Positions 56,880 to 64,000 of a stretch of DNA of 64,000 bases are shown here, piece after piece. The position numbers and the translations under genes were made by a program. The stretch comes from an uncultured Alphaproteobacteria bacterium (GTDB lineage Bacteria; Pseudomonadota; Alphaproteobacteria; RF32; CAG-239). The notes below the pieces were generated by a model that was given only the letters and a program-made list of their open reading frames with translations, had not been told where the DNA came from and did no database searches. Location of the stretch: assembly GCA_944390355.1 (NCBI GenBank), contig CALXPT010000004.1, forward strand, positions 1,077 through 65,076, read 5' to 3'. Numbering within the stretch: the stretch's first letter is position 1; each line of letters begins with the position of its first letter.

Positions 56880-58025
56880 TTATATATTTATGCTAAATCC
56901 ACCTATTAAACTGTAGCCCTTATTACTATCCGATGGACTGTTCTCCATACCACGAAAACGGACATGCGCTAAGACAGCGTATAGCGTCAAATGTTTGTTT
57001 ATCTGGTACTGATTCAAAAACTGTATATACCGGTCTTTGTTCGGTGTCCTGTCGGCATTGGTTTCAAAATAGGTCAAAGCAGTTGTCCAGTTCTCATATG
57101 TATAACTCGCTCCGATATTCCATGCATGTCCTTCGCGATAACCATCGTAATAATCCGGCGTCAGACTCGGATTGATTTGAACATTTATCGGATCATCACT
57201 GCCGGTTACGTTCGTTTGTCGGTATGACCCTCCAATGTTCCACCCCTTATATGCGATACTCAATCCTAAGCCTAGATCCTCGTTGCTGTTTACATAAATT
57301 CCATATCCGGCATATGATGAAACGGTTATGTCTCCAAGATTGTATTGATTCGATAGTGCAAATACATATGCCGAATCGTTGTGATATGGCGCATATTTAC
57401 TTATCATCCCTTGGTTATTATAGGCTCTCGGCATATAGGAAAAACCAAATGTCGTACCATGTATGGTGGGGGATATATAGCTGTATTTGTTGCTTATACT
57501 ATCCGAATCTAACTGTGTGGAATTTAGTGTCGGATAAAATGCTGTCGGGCCGCCGTCTCTGTCCCAGTTGGGATTGTCTATAAAATCTGTTATATACGAA
57601 TTGTTCACATACAACGGAGCTAAAGCAGGTGCTCCGACGTAAAATTGATAGGCTACGTTGTAATTTGGGCCGACTTGGATTTGTCCGTAAGGGGTTTGTA
57701 GTGCTCCGTATCCTTGATTTATCCACTCATGGCCTTCATAGTCTTTCAAATATTCCGTACCGGAACTATTGGGCAAATAATATAACCCTAACCGGTAGTC
57801 CTCATTAAAATTATAAGCCGCTGATAAGGTTACATATACAGAGGAAAATGTTTCATCTTTGTCGTTTTGCTCCTCATATTTTTTAGGGTATTTATTATAT
57901 CCATACAACACCGTTGCATTTACTCCGGCGTTTAATGTCCATGGGCCGTGTTTAAATTCCATGGCTTGCGCCACATCTATATTTATTAAAGCCAGTCCCA
58001 GTCCAAGCATTAACTTTTTCTTCAT
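56880..58025 (-). CDS. Outer-membrane beta-barrel, porin-like
   Basis: Signal peptide LGLALINIDVAQA|M. The body is Tyr/Gly/Asn-rich with alternating hydrophobicity throughout. The C-terminus is GGFSINI. There is no specific family signature. Confidence 0.5.
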   Translation of the reverse strand: MKKKLMLGLGLALINIDVAQAMEFKHGPWTLNAGVNATVLYGYNKYPKKYEEQNDKDETFSSVYVTLSAAYNFNEDYRLGLYYLPNSSGTEYLKDYEGHEWINQGYGALQTPYGQIQVGPNYNVAYQFYVGAPALAPLYVNNSYITDFIDNPNWDRDGGPTAFYPTLNSTQLDSDSISNKYSYISPTIHGTTFGFSYMPRAYNNQGMISKYAPYHNDSAYVFALSNQYNLGDITVSSYAGYGIYVNSNEDLGLGLSIAYKGWNIGGSYRQTNVTGSDDPINVQINPSLTPDYYDGYREGHAWNIGASYTYENWTTALTYFETNADRTPNKDRYIQFLNQYQINKHLTLYAVLAHVRFRGMENSPSDSNKGYSLIGGFSINI

Positions 58026-58109
58026 GGCTATTCTTCCTTACTTTAGTCGGTTGCCTTTGATATAATCTATTCCTCAAAAATTTCTACTCGTCTTTATTTT
58101 TTTATCAAA

Positions 58110-58208
58110 ATTATATAAAATTAACTTGCTTTTTTATTATTTAAATTATAACAAAAAAGTAGACGTCGGCGTAGCTCATCAGGATAGAGCAACAGTTTCC
58201 TAAACTGT
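58110..58208 (+). repeat. Left arm of an inverted duplication (tRNA-Arg promoter plus tRNA positions 1-43)
   Basis: My hand alignment to the reverse complement of 60487..60586 gives roughly 80% identity. It includes the ttaacttgctttttatt promoter block, D-arm and anticodon arm. Confidence 0.8.
58165..58208 (+). pseudogene. Truncated tRNA-Arg(CCT): 5' half only (acceptor 5' strand, D-arm, anticodon arm)
   Basis: gtcggcg-ta-gctc-atcaggat-agagc-a-acagt-ttcctaa-actgt. Similarity to a tRNA then stops (tgctcgttatttttt), and there is no T-arm or acceptor 3' strand. Confidence 0.8.
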
Positions 58209-58363
58209 TGCTCGTTATTTTTTAATATTTCAGCTTGCCTTTTTATCTTATTGTAATATACTGTTTTACATAGAAATTTAATAATGCTTCTTCATCGCTT
58301 GCTTTTCTTGATTTTCTCAAAATAGATAAAAAAGTAGGCACTGTGTAGGCACGGAATAGACAC

Positions 58364-59527
58364 ATGGATAAGAAATTCAAATTCACAAATGCAAATATTA
58401 AAAACTTACCAGCTCCGACAAAAAGGACTTTTGTTTATGATACAATAGAGGTTGGTTTGTCGCTTCAAATAACCCCAAACGGAGCGAAGAGCTTTTACTA
58501 CCGAGGAGTTGTTTTAGGAAAACAAATACGCGTTAAGCTCGGAGAGCCTTCCTATATGAGTGTTGACGATGCCCGACAAGCCGCTCGTAAGGCCAAAATC
58601 AATATGAAAGAAGGTATCAACCCTATTGAGGAACGAAAAAAGATAACGGGCGAATCCTCTCTTGAACAATTATATACTCGTTTTATGGATGAAAAAGAAC
58701 AACATATCCGTCCGATAACAATGGAATATTATAAGGATTTGTGGAAACGTTATCTATCTACACTTGCCAATAAGAAAATATCCCAAATAACACCTGACGA
58801 ACTTAAGATACTTCATAAAAGATTGACATTGAACAATGGTAAGCGTTGTGCAAATCAAACAATCGTTCTTCTGCGAACCATTTATAACCATTTCATCAAA
58901 CAAAACATATATCAGGGATTTAATCCGGGTAATGCCGTGCAGCTTAATAAGCAAATCGCAAGAACAAGGCATCTAAGCGGAAATGAATTAGAATCGTTTA
59001 GAGATGCTATCAATGAAACTGAGGATTCTATACCAAAATTTGCAATTATGATGCTTTGGTTTACAGGAGCAAGAAGACGTAATGTCTTTTCAATGAAATG
59101 GGAAGACATTAAACTTGAAGAAAAGCTTTGGACGATTCCCGAAACAAAAACCCAAAATGACGCTAATGTTGTTTTAGTAAATGCAGCAATAGATATTCTC
59201 AATCAATTAAAAGATATGAGATACAATGAATATGTGTTCTTCTCGACAACATCCAAAAGTGGACATATTGGCGGAGTTCGAAAGACGTGGGAAGGAATCT
59301 TAAAGAGAGCAAAAATAACCAATTTTCACCTGCATGATTTAAGACATACCTTTGCGACATCATTATTAGCCAATGGGGCTGATGCTTTTATGGTCAAAAA
59401 AGCCCTCACCCACAAATCATTACAGAGCACGCAAATCTATGTAAATCTGGAAGTTGATGATTTACGAGAAAAACTAAATGAAACCGTTAATAAAATGATA
59501 GGAAAGAAAGATGAGCAAGCCCTATAA
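58364..59527 (+). CDS. int: Tyrosine recombinase, P4-like integrase with a DUF4102-type arm-binding N-domain
   Basis: N-terminus FTNANIKNLPAPTKRTFVYDTIEVGLSLQITPNGAKSFYYR...LGEPSYMSVDDARQAA. The catalytic region has GARRRNV, HLHDLRHTFATSLL and STQIYVN (R-H-R-Y set). Confidence 0.9.
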   Translation: MDKKFKFTNANIKNLPAPTKRTFVYDTIEVGLSLQITPNGAKSFYYRGVVLGKQIRVKLGEPSYMSVDDARQAARKAKINMKEGINPIEERKKITGESSLEQLYTRFMDEKEQHIRPITMEYYKDLWKRYLSTLANKKISQITPDELKILHKRLTLNNGKRCANQTIVLLRTIYNHFIKQNIYQGFNPGNAVQLNKQIARTRHLSGNELESFRDAINETEDSIPKFAIMMLWFTGARRRNVFSMKWEDIKLEEKLWTIPETKTQNDANVVLVNAAIDILNQLKDMRYNEYVFFSTTSKSGHIGGVRKTWEGILKRAKITNFHLHDLRHTFATSLLANGADAFMVKKALTHKSLQSTQIYVNLEVDDLREKLNETVNKMIGKKDEQAL

Positions 59528-60452
59528 CCCAACAAAACATTTGAAACTAAACAAATTTAAGCAAGAAGGTTATGCTTACTTTGAAAACATAGATTTTTCT
59601 GCTTCTGATAATAAAGATATATTAGCGACTATGCTTTTAGATTTTCCAAGGATTGTTTTCCAAAAATGTATTTTCAAATCTCTTATAGCAACCAAACAGA
59701 TTTTTAACGCTACTATATCTTTTGATGAATGTAAGTTTGCGGGTGAAGTTGACTTTAGCGAATCCATATTTAATAAAGTTGTATCTTTTAAGAACTCTTC
59801 CTTCCATGGCAAAACTTTGTTTATAAACACTGTATTTAAAAGCACTTTGGAGTTCTTTAATAATGTAATCAAGCCCAATATAAAAGGCGAAGTCAGCTTC
59901 AAAGTAGATAAAGCCATTGGAGAAAGTGATGTTTTCAGCGGTCTTCAATTCAACAATGTTAAGTTTGGAACTGAGACATCTTTCTTTGGTAGGGACTTTG
60001 GTCTTGTTGGCTTTCTTAAAAATACAGAGTTTGGGGATTTGTTTTGGATGACAAAATCTTCATTCGGAGAGAAGTTTGAAATGTCAAACCTTAACTTCAC
60101 AGGAGCAAAAAGAACTGAGTTTCTAAAATGCTTGGAAATATTTAAGAATTCGCTCAAACGCTCTTCTTTTGACTTATATGCTGATGAAGTAAACAAATAC
60201 GAAGAGCTTATGAGAAGTAAGGTTTCACAGCCCGTCATAAATATTCATAATATGCCGATTCCTGAAATACCTGTCAAAGAAGGTGATTACAATCTATATA
60301 CGACTGAAGAAGCGGCCACGATTCTCCATGTAAAACAAAATACTTTGGAAAGATGGCGTTGTGAAAGGAAAGGCCCCAAAGCAACCAAAATAGGCCGTAA
60401 AGTTTTTTATAAGAAATGTGATTTAGATGAATATATAAACAAATATAAATAA
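59511..60452 (+). CDS. Fusion protein: Phe-periodic beta-solenoid (pentapeptide-like) N-domain plus a C-terminal excisionase/AlpA-type HTH
   Basis: It overlaps the int stop. Phe recurs every 5-6 residues over about 170 aa (ISFDECKFAGEVDFSESIFNKVVSFKNSSFHGKTLFINTVFKSTLEF...). The C-terminus LYTTEEAATILHVKQNTLERWRCERKGPKATKIGRKVFYKKCDLDEYI matches the Xis-family HTH pattern. It ends 1 nt before the tRNA 3' end. Confidence 0.7.
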   Translation: MSKPYNPTKHLKLNKFKQEGYAYFENIDFSASDNKDILATMLLDFPRIVFQKCIFKSLIATKQIFNATISFDECKFAGEVDFSESIFNKVVSFKNSSFHGKTLFINTVFKSTLEFFNNVIKPNIKGEVSFKVDKAIGESDVFSGLQFNNVKFGTETSFFGRDFGLVGFLKNTEFGDLFWMTKSSFGEKFEMSNLNFTGAKRTEFLKCLEIFKNSLKRSSFDLYADEVNKYEELMRSKVSQPVINIHNMPIPEIPVKEGDYNLYTTEEAATILHVKQNTLERWRCERKGPKATKIGRKVFYKKCDLDEYINKYK

Positions 60453-60453
60453 A

Positions 60454-60530
60454 TGGCGTCAGCGGCGGGACTTGAACCCACTACCCCTGGTTTAGGAAAC
60501 CAGTGCTCTATCCGGATGAGCTACGCTGAC
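60454..60530 (-). tRNA. tRNA-Arg (anticodon CCT), CCA encoded
   Basis: Minus strand: gtcagcg-ta-gctc-atccggat-agagc-a-ctggt-ttCCTaa-accag-gggta-gtggg-ttcaagt-cccgc-cgctgac-g-cca. All four stems pair. Confidence 0.9.
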
Positions 60531-60586
60531 TACCTAGCCTTTGATTATAATTAAAAAAAATAAAAAGCAAGTTAAAATTATATATT
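60487..60586 (-). repeat. Right arm of the inverted duplication (promoter plus 5' 43 nt of the intact tRNA-Arg)
   Basis: See the left arm at 58110..58208. Confidence 0.8.
60544..60570 (-). promoter_or_regulatory. Candidate sigma-70 promoter of tRNA-Arg
   Basis: Minus strand reads TTGCTT-(15 nt)-TATAAT, ending 13 nt before tRNA position 1. The same block is conserved in the left repeat arm, where the -10 is TATAAC. Confidence 0.4.
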
Positions 60587-60932
60587 TTTAAGCCATCTTT
60601 TGCTCTTTGTTTTAATTAGTCAAAGATTAAACTGCGGCATATTCCATATATAGGAATAAGAAAAAACTATCGTTATTATCTCCATCTGGGGATTACATAA
60701 CAAATAGGATAAAGAAAGTAATTATTTCTACAATTAAACAGATATTCTTATTGAAAAATCAACCTTTTTACTTTAACGTATTCTAAAAACGAAGAAACAG
60801 ATAAAAGCAATAATATTGTATTAAGAGCTAATAATATCAATTTAGCAACGAAAAAATTAGATTTATCTGATTTAAAATATTTAAAGGAAGATTTTGTTAT
60901 AGATAGTAACCCTTGATGAAAAAAGAGAGACA

Positions 60933-61313
60933 TTGTCAAGCTTTGATAAAACAAAATCTCAAAAAATTGAAAAGCATATAAACGAGAAGTTATTAGAACA
61001 CAAAAAAGTTGAAAATACTATTTCTCAAACGGTTGTTTTTTATTGGGACACAGCACGATTTAATAAATCAAAACCATTTAATTATAAAGGGATATGCAGA
61101 AAAATATCACCAAATCCATATAATGTCATTTTTGATGACGAAAAGGTTAAAAATTATATGACAAGAGAGAGTCATTTAGATAAGCCGTGGCAGGATTTGT
61201 GCTATGTTGTAGATATTGAATTTACGGAAGGAAAATCAAAACCTGTTTATAAAATTACCAAAGTTTATGAAGACCAAACATTCTTTCAAGAAACTGAAGA
61301 TAATGAGAACTAA
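60933..61313 (+). CDS. 126-aa hypothetical protein
   Basis: The ORF has a TTG start only and no convincing RBS. Its stop overlaps the start of the DUF4160-like gene, which suggests coupling. Confidence 0.35.
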   Translation: MSSFDKTKSQKIEKHINEKLLEHKKVENTISQTVVFYWDTARFNKSKPFNYKGICRKISPNPYNVIFDDEKVKNYMTRESHLDKPWQDLCYVVDIEFTEGKSKPVYKITKVYEDQTFFQETEDNEN

Positions 61314-61668
61314 TTTTATAGAAATTCCTGAGTTATCAGAAAAACTAACTGAGCTTTTTAATAGACCGTATCATTTTTATAAAAATATAGTTTATTTCTG
61401 TGAAGAGAGAACCGTAGGTGGGTATAAAAATGTGCAATTTATTGTTAATACCAATGACCATCCACCGCTTCATTTTCATATAGAAACAACTAATCCTGAT
61501 GGAGCATATAAAGTCTTTCTAGATGAAAAGTATTCTATTGTAAGATTTGATATAATATATGGAAAACGTTTGCCAAAAAGAATCATAAAAACCATAAACT
61601 ATTGGTATGAAGAACAAGATGGGAAAAGAAAAGTTTTGGAAGAATTACATAGAGTAGGAATGATATGA
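61303..61668 (+). CDS. DUF4160-like small protein
   Basis: I moved the start to the ATG at 61303. NTNDHPPLHFHIETTNPDGAYKVFLDE resembles the DUF4160 signature (N-D-H-x-P-P-H-F-H). Confidence 0.5.
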   Translation: MRTNFIEIPELSEKLTELFNRPYHFYKNIVYFCEERTVGGYKNVQFIVNTNDHPPLHFHIETTNPDGAYKVFLDEKYSIVRFDIIYGKRLPKRIIKTINYWYEEQDGKRKVLEELHRVGMI

Positions 61669-61698
61669 ATATTTTTAACATTATTGCATAAAGGCCAC

Positions 61699-62418
61699 TC
61701 ATTGCAGTGGCCTTTGTTGTGATTCTAGCTTTATCTGTGTGAGTTCGGCAAGAAGTCTGTCGGCTCGTGATTTTTCAAATTCGTATTGTTTTTGGTAGTA
61801 TTCGGCGTCTCGTTGAAAGTTCAGGGCTTCTTGCAGGATTATGCGTTTATCAACGTTGCTTAAATCTACGCAAGAAATGGTTAAGTATGGTTTGTCGGTT
61901 AGTTCTAACATTCTGCGGCCGTGGGTATCCATTGATTTAATAAGATACCCTTCACGGATACACTATCTAAAGCCATACAAGAAATAAAATCTTTTGAATC
62001 TCCAACTAATTTTGTTACAAATTGATTCATTCTTAAATAGTAGGTAAAAATTTCTTCATAAACACTTTTTAACACAAAATAATCACACTCATCAGATGAT
62101 TCTTTAGGAAAATCGAAATCAAAATAATCAAATATATTTATAGTTCCAATACTTACACATTCTATTGGTGTTTGATAACGATTCAAAGTATCTTCAATGT
62201 AGCAATCTATATTTCTCTATAAATTCATCATACCCATTCTCTGAAAATCTTTTTAACTTCAATAGAGCATTTTCTGCTTTGCCATTTTCAACCATTTGCA
62301 GTCTCCTTTGCTTTGTTGTAACCATAAATAGTATATTCTTTTGTTTATGAAACGCAAATAATTTACTCAATAACATCACAACAAATAACGACGACACACA
62401 ATTATCTTTAAAAATCAA
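61699..62418 (-). pseudogene. Three consecutive small minus-strand ORFs in three different frames, possibly one decayed gene
   Basis: 62194..62418, 61905..62186 and 61699..61932 abut or overlap (7-nt gap, 28-nt overlap) with shifted frames. No homology recognised. Confidence 0.25.
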
Positions 62419-62593
62419 CTAATTATCTTTTAATTAAAGATATTTTTCTATTTTAAATGACAAACATTCGCGGCCAAAAGAAATATCAAAACAAACAAAT
62501 CTTTACATTTTTAAGTTTTCGCAATGATTTTGATGAATATTATGTAAAAAGGAAATCTTTTAAAAACTTTTTTATAAATTTCTAAAAAACTTA

Positions 62594-62622
62594 TTGAAAT
62601 ATAGAAGTTTTTTATATATATT
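62594..62622 (+). promoter_or_regulatory. Candidate sigma-70 promoter for the AAA ATPase gene
   Basis: TTGAAA (62594..62599), a 17-nt spacer, then TATATT (62617..62622). GAGGGGG RBS before the ATG at 62643. Confidence 0.45.
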
Positions 62623-62642
62623 GATAATGAGGGGGATTTGCT

Positions 62643-63866
62643 ATGATAGATAGACCATTATATTTAAATAAGTTAATGTCTTGGAAAGATAAAGATATTA
62701 TCAAGGTCATTACAGGTATTAGACGATGCGGAAAATCTAGAATATTAGATAGCTTTGCCTTGAAATTAAAAGAACAGGGAATCACTGAAGAACAAATTAT
62801 TCACCTGAATTTTGAAGAAATGGGTGATGAGCAAATTTCCGATGCAAAAACTTTGCACGATATGATTGATAGCCGCCTAAAAGCAAATAAAGATAAAATG
62901 ACTTATATTATGCTTGATGAAGTGCAAAAAATACCTGAATGGGAAAAAGCTGTTGTATCTCTACGTTTGCGAAAGAATGCTGATTTATATTTAACCGGTT
63001 CAAACGCCTATATGCTTTCTTCAGAATTGGCTACTTTCTTATCAGGAAGATATGTAGAAATAAAAATGCTTCCTTTATCTTTTAAGGAATTTTTGACTTT
63101 TCATAAATTTCCTAATGATATGTCAATGGAACGCAAATTTGCCTTATATATTAAATTTGGCGGAATGCCATCGTTAAAAGATTTTGATTTTAGCGAAAGA
63201 CAGTCTTATGAAGTTCTTGATGGTATATATAATACAGTTTTGATAAAAGATGTAGCTTCTAGAGCTAAGAATACAAATACCCAAGTAATTGAAAAAATCA
63301 TCCATTTTCTAGCTGATAACATTGCCAACATAAGCAGCGTTAACAGTATTACGAACACATTATATAATGAAAAGAGTATCGAAAGTAAAAATAATGCTTA
63401 TGTAAATGATTGTATTGGCTTATTAGAAAAAGCTTTTATTTTTTATCCTGTCCAACGCTATGATGTTAAAGGAAAAGAACTTTTACGAAGTTTGGAAAAA
63501 TACTATATTGTTGATAATGGATTGCGGTATCGTATTTTAAACCGAGTTTCCGATAATGGTCGGATTCTGGAAAATATTGTTTATTTTGAGCTTTTAAGAC
63601 GTGGTTATACGGTTTTTATTGGTAAGTATGAAGATAAAGAAATAGACTTTATTGCAACCAAACAAGATGAAAAGCTATATATTCAAGTAAATGATAGAAT
63701 GGATGCCAACAAAACATTTAGTCGCGAATTAGGAGTTTTACAGCAGATTCGTGATAGTCATCCCAAAATGGTTTTAACGAATGATGAAATGTTGGTTGGC
63801 AGCACAGAAGATGGTATAAAGATAGTATCTTTGCTTGAATGGCTATTAAAGGATTATGAAGCATAA
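62643..63866 (+). CDS. AAA_14 / DUF4143-family ATPase
   Basis: 407 aa. Walker A ITGIRRCGKS, Walker B IMLDEVQKIPEW, and a C-terminal DUF4143-like nuclease-fold region (IDFIATKQDEKLYIQV). Confidence 0.75.
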   Translation: MIDRPLYLNKLMSWKDKDIIKVITGIRRCGKSRILDSFALKLKEQGITEEQIIHLNFEEMGDEQISDAKTLHDMIDSRLKANKDKMTYIMLDEVQKIPEWEKAVVSLRLRKNADLYLTGSNAYMLSSELATFLSGRYVEIKMLPLSFKEFLTFHKFPNDMSMERKFALYIKFGGMPSLKDFDFSERQSYEVLDGIYNTVLIKDVASRAKNTNTQVIEKIIHFLADNIANISSVNSITNTLYNEKSIESKNNAYVNDCIGLLEKAFIFYPVQRYDVKGKELLRSLEKYYIVDNGLRYRILNRVSDNGRILENIVYFELLRRGYTVFIGKYEDKEIDFIATKQDEKLYIQVNDRMDANKTFSRELGVLQQIRDSHPKMVLTNDEMLVGSTEDGIKIVSLLEWLLKDYEA

Positions 63867-64000
63867 CCCAATAAGAAAACACTATTCGTCTAATGTTTTA
63901 TTGATAAAAAAAGGAATAAACCTCTTTGCAGACCATCATAAAATCCTTGATTTTTAAGTATCATTGACTAATATAACTACATAATATTTGGAGTAGAGAT

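Noticed and set aside
6754-60453. Treating everything from the T4SS to the tRNA-Arg as one large ICE integrated at the tRNA
   Set aside because: The interval contains ordinary housekeeping genes (gpt, tlpA-like, NMO-family, histidine phosphatase, SH3/DUF1058, M20 peptidase). There is no relaxase or T4CP, and no direct repeat of the tRNA 3' end that I could spot at the T4SS edges.
58165-60530. Idea that the inverted tRNA halves form an invertible switch that re-pairs either promoter/5' half with the single 3' half
   Set aside because: After inversion the left 5' half (anticodon-stem strand acagt) would face the 3' strand accag of the intact gene. These do not pair, so the hybrid tRNA would be non-functional. 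I keep this only as a rearrangement scar hypothesis.
60748-60954. 68-aa minus-strand ORF in the AT-rich gap right of the tRNA
   Set aside because: It has a low-complexity hydrophobic translation, no RBS, and overlaps the start of the plus-strand ORF. I did not call it as a gene.

Overview
Low-GC, probably alphaproteobacterial chromosomal segment (rodZ-ispG-hisS synteny, GAF-type PtsP, DUF1058 SH3 protein). Layout: (i) 1-6.7 kb is housekeeping: hisS 5' end, ispG, rodZ-like, ptsP, a cupin, an isochorismatase-family hydrolase and a degenerate DEAD-box-like gene. (ii) 6.75-30.4 kb is one tightly coupled minus-strand VirB-type type IV secretion operon: virB2 x2, B3, B4, a B5/TrbJ-like gene, three further secreted coiled-coil genes, B8, B7, B8, B9, a giant repeat protein, a giant B10 and B11. 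It is atypical in three ways. VirB10 is 1463 aa and shares a ~17-residue repeat with the 1143-aa gene upstream. VirB9 ends in a SPOR domain. No VirB6, VirB1, VirD4 or relaxase is visible. (iii) 30.4-43.7 kb is a divergent plus-strand R64/PAPI-1-style type IVb pilus operon: pilL-N-O-P-Q-R, a non-canonical pilin-like gene, two tandem pilin genes and a PilT-like ATPase. (iv) 43.7-58 kb mixes housekeeping genes (gpt, tlpA-like, NMO-family, histidine phosphatase, SH3, M20 peptidase) with accessory genes: a 513-aa orphan, a vWA/PP2C/kinase TerY-P triad, an HExxH orphan, two Cys-rich secreted proteins and a porin-like gene. (v) 58-64 kb is a tRNA-Arg(CCT)-associated integrase module. It is flanked by an inverted duplication of the tRNA promoter plus 5' half, and followed by small cargo ORFs and an AAA/DUF4143 ATPase. 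No CRISPR array, IS element or rRNA was seen. All calls come from reading the ORF translations and the DNA by eye; no database search was run.
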